From the NCBI RefSeq assembly GCF_006345805.1, contig NC_042998.1:39742001-39806000 (forward strand): DNA of 64,000 nt. The letters run 5' to 3'. Position numbers and translations under genes: made by a program. The stretch is from Octopus sinensis (taxonomy: Eukaryota). The notes beneath the pieces were generated by a model. That model saw only the letters and a list, made by a program, of their open reading frames with translations, did not search any database and had not been told where the DNA came from. Below are positions 1 to 13,375 of this stretch, one piece after another. Position 1 is the stretch's first letter; each line of letters begins with the position of its first letter.

Positions 1-716
1 ATTTATGAAGACTAAGAACAACAAGGGCCCAAGCACTGAACCTTGAGGCACGCCACTGCTCGCACTGGAGACGTCGGACCGCGAACCATTAACTTGGACT
101 TGGAAGGAGCGATCTGAGAGGAAGGTACCAACCCATCGTACAATATCCGGATGGAAACTATATGCTTGAAGCTTGACAAGCAATAGGCGGTGGTTTACCG
201 AGTCAAAAGCTTTGGCAAAGTCCAGTAAAACGATGTCAACAGCATCACTATCATCGAGGATGCGCGTCACCAATTCTTCCATTACTAGTAAGTTGGTCAA
301 GCATGATCTCTTCGGCACGAAGCCATGTTGGGAATCAGAGATAGAGGCTGTGTTTAGGAGGTGGAGCATCATACTTTTCTTAAGGATGGTTTCGAACATC
401 TTGCTGATTATTGATGTAAGGGAAAACGGTCGGTAGTTAAGCGGGTCTTCGCGGCTCCCTTTCTTGAAAATTGGGCAGATTATCGCTGTTCTCCAGTCTG
501 CAGGTATAACACCCGTCGCCAATGACATATTGAATAGTCGCTTTAAGGGCTCGCAGATGACCGGAGCCAACGCTTTGATAACCCGTGGGTGTATGCCGTC
601 AGGGCCGTGACCCTTGTTGACATCGAGGCCTTGAATAACACGTTTGACTTCGTCCTGCGTGATGACCAATCGAAGCATTGGAGGTACCGATCTATCAAAT
701 GGAGGGGGTTCACGAC

Positions 717-759
<43 letters not shown>

Positions 760-3350
760 GTTTAGCGTCCGCTTTCCATGCTAGCATGGGTTGGACGGTT
801 CTACTGGGGTCTGTGAAGCCAGAAGGCTTCATCAGGCCCAGTCAAATCTGGCAGTGTTTCTACGGCTGGATGCCCTTCCTAACGCCAACCACTCCGTGAG
901 TGTAGTGGGTGCTTTTTACGTGCCACCCGCACTGGTGCCAGACAGAGCTGGCGAACGGCCACGAACGGATGGTGCTTTTTATGTGCCACCGACACGAGGG
1001 CCAGGCGAGGCTGGCAACGGACACGAAACGGGGCGGTGCTGGCAACGGTCGCGAAACGGAAGGTTCTCTTACATGCCACCGGCACTGGTAACACATCTGC
1101 AATTTCCATTGATCGATTTCGATTCTGATCCTCACTTGCCTCAACGGGTCTTCACAAGTAGAGTTTCGACATGCCACCAGCACTGGTAACACATCCGCAA
1201 TTTCCATTGATCGATTTCGATTCTGATCCTCACTTGCCTCAACACATCTTGTTTGAAAATAGTTGAAAAAGCCTCGGCAAATAATTGACTCTGTTGATAA
1301 GGGTCCTCAATCGATACGCCTGTTGAGTCTACCAACGTTGCAATCTGGTTGTTCAAGCGGGAATTCCGCTGGACATGGGCAAAGAAGGTTTTTGGATTGC
1401 TACTGGCATTTGCCGCGATTTTGTATTCATAACTGAAGCGTTCTTTCTTTTCGATTTTCACGGCTCGGTCTCGTGTTTTGTACACCTCAAAAGCTGCAGT
1501 CGAATCCAGATTTTTTAATTCAGCCCAAGCAATATCTCTGAGTCAACGTTCTCATTTAACCCTCTTCGTCACCCAGGGCTTGTGTTTCTTCCTCTTGGGA
1601 AGCCCAACGGGAACTGCTTGGTCAGTCAAACAGATTACATATGCTTTGAGGGATGACCATAGTTCGTCAACTGAGGACAACGTCATCAGGGATCGCCAGT
1701 CCAGAAGCGCGGAAGCCTCGGTTAGAATTTCTAGATTAATTGCAGAGAAGACTCTACGTGGCAGCGAAGTAGTCGTGGGCGCAGAAAAAGTTGTGTGCAT
1801 GACAAACTTCAGGACTGCATGATCACTCTTGGCAAGAGGGGTGCACACAGATACGTCTGACACTGATCTTGGATAGCGGGAGAATACCAGATCAAGCATA
1901 GATGGCTGCTGCCCAGGCCGATGCCTTGTCGGATATTCAACATGTTGTGATAGAAAACAATCTTCAGCCACGTCAAGAAGGGCCTGGCCGAACCGGGAAG
2001 ATGTTGTACAAATTGATGCGGGCCAATCGATCGTGGGAGCGTTGAAGTCTCCTAGTACCAAACAGTCATGCGAAGCTGAAACGAATCTTATCGCTTCGAG
2101 TAAATGAGCATCGTCCTGGGGGTCGGCAAGAGGCGGCCTGTAGACAGCCAACACGGGCAGGCAAAACTCAGATAGGCTCAGCTTGCAATAGACGGCATCG
2201 AATTTTGTTGTAGGCTGAGCATTAGTGGGTAGAATACCGCTGGACGGTTTGTGCTCAGACTTAACATACACATCAACACCTCCATCTCGCCTTTTTCCTC
2301 TGTCACACCTGAAAAGGACGTAGCCCTGCAGGTGGATTTCTGAGTCCTTTACTGCTGGAGTCAGCCAAGTCTTGGTGATAGCTATCACATCAGGGGAGTC
2401 ACGTATGGCCAGTGTAAATAGTTCACTGAACTTTGGGAATAAGGAGCACGAGTTGGTGTAGACGATGCTGAGCTGTGAAGTCTGAGGGGCAGGAGTTGGG
2501 GAACAAGCAGAATAAGGGGTATCAGATATAGCATCGTTGACGGGGGTATCAGCTTCACTTCGATTTTCCCTCACATCACTTTCCCTGTCAGCACTACAGC
2601 ATGGGACCAGAGGTAGGACTTGATTATCTGTCCATCTTGGATTCGTAAACCCTTCTCTCCCATTTGTTTCCTCATCTTTAGTTCGGATATCAGGTTTCTC
2701 CGGCGAATTCTCTCTCTTAGTGAGTATTCCTCGCGAAAACCCATATTGGGGTCCTCCCAGGCATGCGTCTGAGCTCTGTTCAGAAAGACTGAAGCCTCCC
2801 GATCAGAAGAAAAGATTACCCTTATTGGGAGTGGTCTAGTATCTGCGGTTGGGTTCGCTTGGAATCTTCCTAGCCGAGCGACCTTAAGGACACTGACCTT
2901 TTCGTTCACAGAGAACAATTCTCCAACCAAAATGGAAACAAAATTAATGTCATCTTTTAGGCAGTTTATGCCTGTATCACGGGTGGATTCAGCTTTACCG
3001 TAGATTATTGCTGATCTTGAGTGGGAAAAATGTTCTCTACTATGAGCTGTGGTATTCGATTCTTCATTGGAGGATTTCGAAAGGGTGGTTTCATAGCCAT
3101 CGGACTTATGTCGGCCTGTGGGGTCGATCGGAATGGGTTTAGTGGTCATAATTTTCCCGCCTGGTTTGGAACTGCACTGCCTCTTCTTCGGTTTGGGGGA
3201 GCGCCACTCCCCAGATGAACTCGCATCGAGATCGTTCAGATTTATAAAGGGAACAGTATATCACTGGTACCCCCAAACACATAAATACTATAAAGAATTT
3301 CCATTGTCCTTCAACTTTAATAATTGAGCCAATCAAGGAGCTTCTGTTAG
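1..3350 (-). mobile_element. CR1-type LINE (ORF1, APE endonuclease, RT), running off the left edge and interrupted at 714-1243
   Basis: ORF1 is 2571-3149. APE domain is 1552-2574 (YTN..SL, LVLGDFNAPTIDW, DLVFS, SDH). ORF2 continues after a frameshift (1141-1485, NPKTFFAHV). Manual minus-strand translation of 713-1 gives GPDGIHPRV..NYRPFSLTS..QHGFVPKRSC..DFAKAFDSV..GVPQGSVLGPLLF. The 5' boundary is approximate. Confidence 0.9.
714..1243 (-). mobile_element. 5'-truncated RTE-family 3' end (tandemly repeated 3'UTR, (GAT)n tail), young copy
   Basis: (CAT)n on the + strand followed by the conserved block GTTTAGCGTCCGCTTTCCATGCTAGCATGGGTTGGACGG. Internal GCCACCGGCAC-type repeats. About 98% identical to 52183-52700 by manual comparison. 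Confidence 0.85.
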
Positions 3351-3640
3351 AAATAGCAAACAAACTATTTAACACGAAACCTTACTAGAAGGACTGATTG
3401 GATAATGTAATCGTAAACTAGACTACCCGCGACTCGTTGGGTCACCAATAGTTCGAGCGATCCAAAAGAATCATGTATCTTGGTAATCCGTGGTCCAACT
3501 TACACGAAACTTGTATTCATATGAATATCCGATTCATAATATCTTCTGCCTCTGTCTCTTTCTCTCTGTTCTGCCAGATGCTCAGCCCTTGCCATATCAG
3601 TCACATTGATTCCTCTATTTGCATACCTTTCCTGATCTTG

Positions 3641-4692
3641 GGTAAATATTTCGTAAAGAACCTGTTTGTATTTCATCATCATCATCATTTAACATCAGCT
3701 TTCCCTGCCGGCATGAGTTGGACGGTTTGACTGAGGACTGGTGAGCCAGAGGCTGCACCAGGCTCAATCTAGTCTGGCAAAGTTTCTACAGCTGGATGCC
3801 CTTCCTAATGCCAACCACTCTGAGAATGTAGTGGGTGCTTTTCTGTGCCACCAGCATGAGGGCCAGTCAGGCGGTACTGGCAACGGCCATGCTCAAAAGG
3901 TGATTTTACATGCTACCTGCATGGGAGCCAGTCGGGTGGCACTGGCAATGACCACGCTCGAATGTTGTTTTTCACGTGCCACCAGCACATGTGCCAGTAA
4001 GGCAATGCTGGCAACAATCATGCTCAAATGGTACTTTTTACGTGTCACCGGCACGGGAGCCAATCCGTGGCCCTGGCAACGATCATGCTCGGATGTGCTT
4101 TTAAAGTTCCACTGGCACCAGTGTGAAATAATTTTTTCCACAGGTTTTTGCGAGTGCATTCAACATATCTCACCTCCAAACCCACTGCAAGCCACTTTCT
4201 TTTGGAAAAGAAAGGGGGAAGGGGATGGGATACCTCTGAGTTTTCCACCAAAGGAGTTTTGTTTAGCAATTTTTTTTTCTTTTCCAGGTTATTTCGCATA
4301 CTTTCAATGAATGTTTCATTGAAATCACATGTAAACGGCTCCTTTATTCAGAAAGAGGAAAGATTTGGCTGCTATTTATAGCATACCTTGCTACCACATA
4401 AACAGCTGTTACATGGTAGCAGATCGTGCTAGAAATAGCAGCCAAATTGTTCCTTTCCTGAGAAAGGAGCTGATTATGCATGATTTCGATGTCACATTCT
4501 TTGCAAGCATGCAAAATAACCTGGAAAAGAAAAAAAGAAACCTGTGAAACAAAACTCAGTTGCTGGGAAACTTTGAGTTTCCCAGGAAACTCCAAGGTTG
4601 GAGGTCAGATATATTGAATGCACTCAAAAAAACCTGTGGAAAAAAATTATTTCACACCGAGGTATGAACGGGTCCTTTATGAAATATTTACC
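3641..4692. mobile_element. Non-autonomous DNA element with about 90-bp inverted termini; left TIR split by an RTE-tail insertion (about 3673-4120)
   Basis: GGTAAATATTTCGTAAAGAACCTGTTTGTATTT (3641-) plus GTGTGAAATAATTTTTTCCACAGG...ACCTCCAA (4121-) match the reverse complement of about 4598-4692. No TSD found. Confidence 0.65.
3673..4120 (-). mobile_element. RTE-family 3' end copy
   Basis: (CAT)n tail, CTGGATGCCCTTCCTAATGCCAACCAC core and tandem repeats shared with 714-1243. Confidence 0.8.
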
Positions 4693-5313
4693 TCACATTC
4701 ACTTTAAAATGTTTCTAAATGATTAAAATATTGTGTTTAACAAAAGCAAAAATAGAAACATTTACTGTAAAACAACTCGTATTTTTTCATTGGCAAATTA
4801 AAGTCACTAACACCTTTGTCCAGGTCATGAAGTTTGTCTTCAAAAGACAGAAGGCATTGATCATAATGTCTCTAATCAAAAGGTTAAAGTTTCTTCCCTT
4901 TCAGGGTTATATTATTTTCGGAGTATTTTCCCATTATGCACTGTTTTAGGTATTTAATGAACACTCTCCCGCCCCAATATCTCATGAATCCATGGTCCAA
5001 TTGTTTTATTCCATTTGTATTCACTTCTCAGGGTTACCTTAATTCATAGTATCTTCCTATTACATGCCAGTTTGGCTGTATTAAATGACAGACAAGCAAG
5101 CAATCAGAGAGCTTTAGGAGTATATAGATAAACTAGATCTGAATTAAAGAGATGGTCATGGTTATAGAGCCTTTGATCAGAAGTCAACCTAATCAGGGCT
5201 AACTTAGAGCTTCTTTGACAATCTTAATAAAGTTTTGTTTCTTTATCAGAATTGAAATGTCTGTGTTTGATATTTTGTCTGTGGCTAATAATCATAGCAT
5301 GTTTGGTTTTCAG

Positions 5314-5448
5314 TTGGAATGGAATCGCCTGCAAGAAGCCTATGAAGAAATGTTAAATGAGAAGCAACAACCCAGTTCATTATCAAACAGTTGTCTTACA
5401 GAAAGATTCAATGACATTCATTTATCGACTCCACTCACAAAAGAACAG
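5314..5448 (+). CDS. PAIP2: PAIP2-like poly(A)-binding protein-interacting protein, penultimate coding exon (LEWNRLQEAYEEMLNEK...ERFNDIHLSTPLTKEQ)
   Basis: TTTTCAG acceptor and CAG|GTATTT donor; 135 nt, phase 0/0. The EEML and FND segments resemble the PAIP2 C-terminal half. Splices in frame to the PAM2 exon. Confidence 0.75.
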
Positions 5449-7055
5449 GTATTTCTCTTAAAAGAAATCTATTTGATAGTCTGATCATTTGCCTGAACTT
5501 CTTAGATGGAGTACTAATAATGGTTTCAAATTCTGGTACAAGACCAGCAGTTTGAGGGCAGGAAGTGAATCAATAACATCATCATCATTGTTTAACGACC
5601 ATCTTCTATGCATGCATGAGTAGGACGGCTGACAGGAGCCGGCCAGGTAGAAAGACCACCCAAGGCTACTGTGTTTGTTTTGGCAGGGATTTTGTGACTG
5701 GAAGCCCTTCCTAACATCAACCACTCCATAGAGTGGACTCAGTGCTTTTTATTTGGCACTAGCACAGGCAAGGTTAGTTTTAGTATGATTTTTTACAGCT
5801 GGATGCCCTTCCAAACGCCAACCATGTTACAGTGTGGTCTGGATGCTTTTAACATGGCAGCAGCACTGGCAGGGTAACCAAGTAACTCACAAAACAAGTA
5901 ATTATGAGAGGGGCAGAGGCATTTGAAGGGCAGAACTTGTATCATAGGATGAACGGTTAGAGTGTTAGAAAGGGACAGAGAGACAGAAGCAGGTGTCTTT
6001 CCACAACAGAGGGGGCATTAAAGGGGGTGATGAAAGGTTAGAGTGCAACAGGGAAATAGAGAGGCAGAACTAGGTGTCTTGCTATAGAGGAGGTACACAG
6101 TTACCCAGTGAGAGAGAGAGAGGTACAAGAAAGGGGCCAGAAACAAGTGTGCTGATGTAAAGGAGATACTTGGTTACCTAGACAAGAAAAATGAGAAGGA
6201 AAGAGATAGAGAGAGTAGGAAACCGCAAAAGTGGGGGAGAGAGCAGAAGAGAGATGGTGTATTGCTGTGGTATACTCACAGGAATATGAGTGTAGAACCT
6301 GGTTAGAAAAACAGTGTGTGAGAATTGGGGGTGTGGGGAGCAGTGATACAGTGAGCAGGGCAAGAAAGGGGATTGGAAAACAATCATAATTTATGAAGAG
6401 GAAATGTGAGGAAAAGAAAGATGCAGTTTAGAAGTGTAGTTTGATTTCTTAGAACCTCATATCTCTAAACATTTCGGTCCACTGTCATTTCCTCTGTGAG
6501 CCCCAACATCCCAAGATCAGTCCTTACCACTTCATCCTGTCTTCCTGGATCTCCCTCTTTCACAGGTACCAGGCACTTCTGTATACAGCTGTCTTCACTC
6601 ATACACATCACATGTCCAAACCAACGCATCCTCCTCTCCTGCATGCCATATTTAGTATTAATATTACTAAAAGAAATAAGGTAGTGAGCTGACAGAACTG
6701 TGACCACACTGGCCAATATTTCTTGACTCTACATTCTCAGTTCAAATGCTGCGGGGTTGGGGGGGGGGTCGACTTTGCCTTTCATCCTCTTGGGTTTGAT
6801 AAAATAAGTACCGGTTGAGCACTGGGGCCTCAACTTACCTCTCCCCCAAAATCACTGGCCTTGTTCCTTTGTTTGTAAATTCCTAAATTACTAATTCAAC
6901 TGTATATACACAAAAACTATGCTAACACAAGTATATGTTTTGACTTTTTGACAAAAAACTCCCAAAACTTCTCTTTTTGATTTGGTTTTCTTTTTGTGAT
7001 ATTTTTATAATTTTTGTATTTTTTCATTTACTTTATTTTATTTCTTATATTTCAG

Positions 7056-7115
7056 ATTGCAAATAGTCGGCTAAATCCAAATGCTCCAGAGTTTATTCCT
7101 TCCACTGGCTTTTAG
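7056..7115 (+). CDS. PAIP2: PAIP2-like terminal coding exon IANSRLNPNAPEFIPSTGF* (PAM2 motif)
   Basis: Long T-rich tract plus TTTCAG acceptor. SRLNPNAPEFIP matches the PAM2 consensus (LNxxAxEFxP) at the extreme C-terminus, as in PAIP2. TAG stop followed by AT-rich 3'UTR-like sequence. Confidence 0.85.
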   Translation: MANSRLNPNAPEFIPSTGF

Positions 7116-7679
7116 CATAAGCTGATGTCCGTTTAACCTGTTCTCCATATTACTTTTGGCAGCTTTGTAACTTGGGGTTGATGTTTGGATGTTTTAACAA
7201 ATATGGTCTGAAAGACAAAGAAGAAAAACGCCAAAACAGTGAACTGTATTTGGTTGATTTTGTTTCCAGCAACAAAAAGGCAACTAGTTGGAATTGATTT
7301 ACAAAAGGAATAAAACAAGATGGGTGGGTGGGTGGGTGTGTTTGTAGTTTTGGGGTAGATTTTAGACATCAATGAAATAATCCAGTTTCAACCCTGCCAC
7401 TTCATATCAATATATTGAATTTATTTTGCAATTGATGGAGACTTTATTTTCATTCTTTTTTTTTAACTGTTTTAGTAAAATATTCTTTGACTTACACACA
7501 CAAACACACACTCACACATATTCAAAATAGAAGCAAAGTAAGATAAGAGGATGATATTTCCAAAATTGCTGTATATTTTTGTTTCCAGTTTTCCACTTCC
7601 AATTACTCCATTTTTGGAATAAAGTTTCCTTAACTTTACATTATATACATAGAGTAGAAAGTTTACATCTATGTATGTA

Positions 7680-7682
<3 letters not shown>

Positions 7683-7721
<39 letters not shown>

Positions 7722-7930
7722 TCACTCTCTGTTTAATCACTGCCATTTATTCACTACTGTAGATGTAATCAAAAGTTCTCTTTAAGAAGAAAAAAATCTT
7801 ATAACTCTAATCTTTCTTTAATATCTTGTTAGAAACTATTTTTTTCCGAGAAAATGAAAATGCAACTCATGACTTAGCATTTTTTTCACTTTATTTTAGT
7901 TCTTATATTCTGTTCTCTCTCTCTCTCTCC

Positions 7931-7961
<31 letters not shown>
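7683..7961. repeat. (TA)n and (CT)n microsatellites in the PAIP2 3' region
   Basis: Direct reading: (TA)n at about 7683-7718, (CT)n at about 7913-7961. Confidence 0.95.
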
Positions 7962-7967
<6 letters not shown>

Positions 7968-8954
7968 GTACTGCACAGGTATCCATGGCATATTGTGGCT
8001 GCAGAAAGAGGCTGATCTGCACATTATAAGCTACTTTGCATGTCATTTTATAAAAACAGGAAAATATGAAATAAATATAGTTTTAAAAGTGTTGTGTAAG
8101 TATGTGGGTGGAATATTTAGTATGCTGAACTTTTTATAAGATTAACTGCAGCATTATTTTATAAATTAAATGCAGTTTATTTAAATTTAGTTTGTAAAAA
8201 TTGTGCCTAAAAATGTAAACCAATATAGTAGCATGTTCTGGTTATTTATGTCCCAAACATGTCATTTCATTCAAATTGCAGATATTCTAATATTCTTATA
8301 AAGAATAAGAGCTTTTTTTTTATGGATCTCCTTGATCTTTTGTTTTGGCAGGATGGTTGCTAATGTTTTGACCTATTTAAAGTTAAATAATTCGGCATCA
8401 TTTTTACATCACTTCTGTTCTCATATTAATTGTAGCAAACCTAATAAAGTTTATATTTTCCTTTGGTTTTTATCCTAAAGCCTAAAATTTGTTTTTTCTA
8501 TTTCTTACAAACTTTAAATTTAGCATTTATCAAAGTATTTTGTTTGCTTTTTTCCTATTTCTTTTCATACAAATATGATAACCTTCTGGGTCACTTTTAA
8601 AATGTTTCATATTGGAAGTTGGTGATAATTTTCCAGAAATGGTTGAATGACAAGGTACCTGTTCCTGGTTTACATTTTGTGTCTTGCTTCAGCTCTCTAT
8701 GTATCAAGTTCAATTCCTGCCAGTTAACTTTATCTTTCCTCCCTCCATGTTTTCATAAATAACAATCAGTAATACACTTGGGGTGATTCACTCAAATCTT
8801 CACTTATGAAACCTGGCTCAGGATCTCAAAAGTAATCATTAGCATTGTCAGAGAAAACTCCATTTAGTTCTTAAATAGTTGTATTGAATTCCAGTAATTT
8901 TTCAGTGGAGCAAGCAATACATTCCATTTTGATTAAAATTTTCCATTTTCTTTG

Positions 8955-9095
8955 ATGTTAGGAAGGGCATCCAGTTGTAGAAACTCTGCCAAATCAGATT
9001 GGAGCCTGGTGCAGCCTTCTGGCTTGCCAGCCCTCAGTCAAACCGTCCAACCCATGCCAGCATGGAAAGTGGACGTTAAACAACGATGATAATGT
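8955..9095 (+). mobile_element. Short RTE-family 3' tail copy
   Basis: GTTAGGAAGGGCATCCAG...CCGTCCAACCCATGCCAGCATGGAAAGTGGACGTTAAAC followed by a degenerate GAT tail. Confidence 0.8.
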
Positions 9096-12000
9096 TGATG
9101 TTTCCACTTTCGTATTATCTCAGATTTTAACTTCCTAAAACAACCAACTATAATGTAGTAAAATACCTTTTTTTAAAATTTCAGGTTAGACTGTCGATAT
9201 GTTGTATAAGATTTTTTTGTGTGTGAACCATAATTTACATTAAAAAAAAAAATTCCTGACACCATTAATTGATAATAATATTGTGTTAACAAATTCAATG
9301 ATTAATGTACAATAATGGGAAATGTTTGTACATGTAAGACCAGATTGTAATATAGATTTTAGTTTGCATGTTTTCTAATGAAATATACTGGCTGTCTTTC
9401 AGTTATTTGAAAATAAGTTGGAAGCATTTAGTCTAATAACTAACTCCATTCAGCCTTACCTTTCATCCTGCCAGAGACGAGTACCAGTCAAATTCTGGAT
9501 TCGTCCAATTTAAATCCTTCCTCCAAATTTCTGACCTTCTACCTAAATTAGAAACATTATATAGAACATGACAGCTTCATACTTGGCATAGGATGGAAAG
9601 GTTTTCAGTTAGATTTTCTCATTTCAAAATGGATAGTTTTGATAATTTTGAACCAAAGAATTGGATGTGATCTCAGATGTGTTAGTGCTTATGACGAGTT
9701 ATTTTAAGGGACCAGTACTCAATAGTTAGGGGATTGTGAAAATAAAAACTAATTTCAAGTTCTTGTCTTCCTTTTTATAACAGATTATTCATCTAAATTT
9801 TTTCTTAAAAATATCAAATTTAATTAGTGGAATGTTTTTTTTTTCCCTTCTCTCAGCTCTCACCTTATTCTGCTCTACTTCAAAATGTAAACCTACATTT
9901 TTTTTTCCTGTTTCATAAGAAAGAAATTGTTTTTGTCCATTTGCAGAATTGTCCAGTTTTCTGTCCTCTCATAAAATGTTCAGCTCCCCATCTTTTTTTT
10001 TTCCACTTTAGCCCTTATTTTTAAAAATATTTAGAAAATTTTGTAATTTGACTGTAGGTTGGGTTTATTTTTCATCCCATTGATATTGATCTCAATCACA
10101 AATATTTTCAAAACCACTGCCAATTACACTGTTTATGTTATTAGGAATTGTGTTGATCTCAAATCTTGTTGCATTTAACTGCTGTTTACTTGAGCAGTTT
10201 AGAACATCTTGTTGCAAATAAATGCTCTCTGCCGTAGGATTTTGATTCCAATGCAGAGTAGCTGCACTTAAAATACCTTTAGAAAAGGTATGAACTCCAC
10301 AACATATATCTATTCATAACTACATAATTTTAACTTAGTTTGTAAAAAGACAAAAACATCAAATGAGAGAACTTTAAGTATTCTGTTGATGATTCCAATT
10401 TGAATCTAGGAGACACTTTTCAGATAGATTTATATTTTTAAAAAAATGTTTGTGTAGTAGCTAAAGGTGATTTACTGATCTTCCTACATTTACTTTTAAA
10501 TTTAATAAATTTTGTTAATTTGGTTTATAACAAGGCGCAGTGAACTAACAGAAATGATAGCGCTAGTTTCTGTAAACTTAGATCTTAAAGAGTGGGACTG
10601 AAGTATATCTCCCTGTAATATTGGTGGAGATTCATCTTTAACAAAACAAACAAACAAGGTCTTATGCCTAATCCAAAAAGTAATCTATTGATCAAGACAG
10701 GTGAGTGCCTGAAAGAATGAACAAAGCTGTTGGCAAGTTGAGAATCATTTTGATGCTTGAAACTAATTGACTGAAATGACTTTTCAATTTTTGAGAAACT
10801 CCACACAATACCATTTCCATACTTTAATGTGTAGACTTGTGCCTAAAAAAATAAATATATTAACTGGCAATAATTTCTTTTAATACTAAAGTTATTCTAA
10901 ACACAGGAATCATGAGTTGAGAATGGTTATTATAAAATCTCCAACCATCTGAATTTGAAGTTTATCTCAGTAACACACTAACACTTCAAATATGAAGAAT
11001 TTATGGATTTTTCTCTTCCTTTTAAGCTAATGTCTTAAAAAGATATTTACTGTGTTCCAGAAAATGTCTGCAATATTTTCTCTCTCTTTTTACCTCTTTA
11101 ACTAATGTACTTTGGTAGAAATGATGGTTTAATATTTCATGTAATTTATTTGTTAATAAACATGTCTCATAAATGGTATGGTGTTGTTGATTACTTAATG
11201 CAAGGGTCAGGTGTGGTATGGAGGCATGTGTCATGCAGTGTGGCAGCATTCACCATTTGCTGGTATATTCTGGGGTCCTGTTGGGCAGAGTCACAGTCAG
11301 TCCTCATCTGTGAGTACAGTACAGCAAAGAAAATATTCTCGTTTTTCTAAAGGTTGGATATTATGGTTTACTTAATTTAATGTAAATAAATAAAGCAATG
11401 AATGCTCCACAAACTGTTTCTTCTCTTTTAAGTTTAAGATTTATCAAATTTAAAATATTGAATAAATTTGTCTTAATTCAGTATCACATGCCTTTTGCCA
11501 TTTGTATTTGGTTCTTTGAGCATTAAACACTGACTTCTACTATGATGATAATAGTCTATAAGAGATGGCTTTGGGCATATTTGGATCTCATCAGCAAAAC
11601 AATATAATAATGTTAGTTTTCTTAAATGTATTATTTGTAACTTCAGTGTATCAGACATCGAAGGTCTCAATTTATTTAACCTGTTGCAGTGTTTATTTAG
11701 TATTGGCCATTATTACACACTAACTAGCTTATCAATATTGGATCGACTTGTTCAGTTGATTCTATTCCCAGTTACATATATTGCAACACTTGTATATGCA
11801 GCATTGCAAGCTAACAAAGCATTTGATTTTTATACAGTAAATAGGTGGTGGTGGTGGTAGCCAATCCTTCTGTGATGGCCATTTTAGGCATTATGCATCC
11901 ATTACTATATCATTAGACAGCTGGAGTTGAGGGAGATTTGACTGCTGTTACAAGGAGAGTGGACAATCACTGGTTTGTGTTAGCAGTGGTCAAAATCACT

Positions 12001-12274
12001 ATCTTTTGTTCTTTTTCTTATTAGTTTGTGAGAAAAATTAGAAAATTTTTCACTTCCTATGAGTGAAACAAGTTTTTGTTGCAAGAAATCTGAACATGGA
12101 AGTATTTGTAAACTGACATAATTATAGAAGTCGACATATCAGTCATTAAACATGTTAAATCTGACAAACGACAGTGAAGCAGTCCTTGCTGGATGGCTGC
12201 CAGTCTCTATCAATGAGAGGATATCTCACTGACTTACTTTGTCAATCAAATGGATTCCATAGAGCAGCTACAAT

Positions 12275-12577
12275 CTCTTTCTCTTTTTACTTGTTTCAGT
12301 CATTTTGACTGCAGCCATACTGGAGCACCACCTTTAATCGAGCAACTCGACCCCAGGACTTATTCTTCGTAAGCCCAGTACTTATTCTATCGGTCTCTTT
12401 TGCCGAACCGCTAAGTGACGGGGACATAAACACACCAGCATCGGTTGTCAAGCAATGCTAGGGGGACAAACACAGACACACAAACACACACACACACACA
12501 CACACACGGACTGAACCCAGAACCCGGAATCATGTGGTTGGTAAACAAGCTACTTACCACACAGCCACTCCTGCGCC
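12275..12577 (-). mobile_element. tRNA-derived SINE, family A
   Basis: The minus strand begins GGCGCAGGAGTGGCTGTGTGGTAAG (A-box-like) with a GGTTCAGTCC B-box-like motif. The body is shared with 57019-57410 and with fragments near 41940 and 51950. Confidence 0.8.
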
Positions 12578-13084
12578 AATGCTTCTAATTTTATATAATG
12601 TACTTAACAACTACCCAGTCTAAAATTATAAATATTAATTATTCAGTTCAATATAATCATATTTAATTTAACATCCATCTTCCCTGCTGGTATGGGTTGC
12701 ATAGTTTGACAGGAACTGGCAAGCTGAAGCGCTACTCCAAGTGCCATTGACCAGACCACCTTGAGCAAGAAACAATTTTTTTGACATTCACACATGATGT
12801 ACTACAGCCAGCTTTCTACAAGACACACCATGGTGCTCTCCTCCCAGTCAACAGTTATATTATCTGCATCTTTCATTTGTAAACAGCCTTTGGATTAAAT
12901 CGTGTTCAGCAAAAAATATGTTAAAAGTTAATGAGGTGCTTCATTTATTATATGTGCAGCCAGCCAGAACACAGGATGATGGTTTTCAACAATGCAACAT
13001 ACATCAATAAGCAACTTCACAGAATTGTGTTAATTAGAACTACTTCATTTACATCTGCTGGTATAAAAAAAATGATAAACGTCA

Positions 13085-13375
13085 CCCTTTTCAAGCCTAG
13101 CCAGGCTCATGGGCCCGGTTTCTGTGGTGTATGTGTTCCCCCTAGCTGGACGGGCTGCCAGTCCATTGCAGCGTTACTCAAGAATCAGGAAGAGAGAGTG
13201 AGAGAAAGTTGGGGTGAAAGAGTACAACAGGGGTCGCCACTGCCCCCTTCTGGAGCCTCGTGGAGCTTTTAGGTGTTTTCGCTCAATAAACACACACAAC
13301 GCCCGGTCTGGGAATCGAAACTGCGATCCTCCAACCGTGAGTCCACTGCCCTAATCACTGGGCCATTGCACCTCC
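13085..13375 (-). mobile_element. tRNA-derived SINE, family B
   Basis: Minus-strand head GGAGGTGCAATGGCCCAGTGATTAGG...GTTTCGATTCCCAG. The head and central block are shared with 46290-46555, but the 3' bodies differ. Confidence 0.8.

Noticed and set aside
543-899. Poly-Met and poly-His ORFs (also 34460-34765)
   Set aside because: These are translations of (CAT)n retroelement tails or microsatellites, not proteins.
880-1243. Regularly spaced GTGCCACC/GGCAC repeats resembling a CRISPR array (also 25343-25520, 47800-48050)
   Set aside because: Eukaryotic context, degenerate variable-length units with related 'spacers' and no cas genes. They are the tandem 3'UTR of an RTE family.
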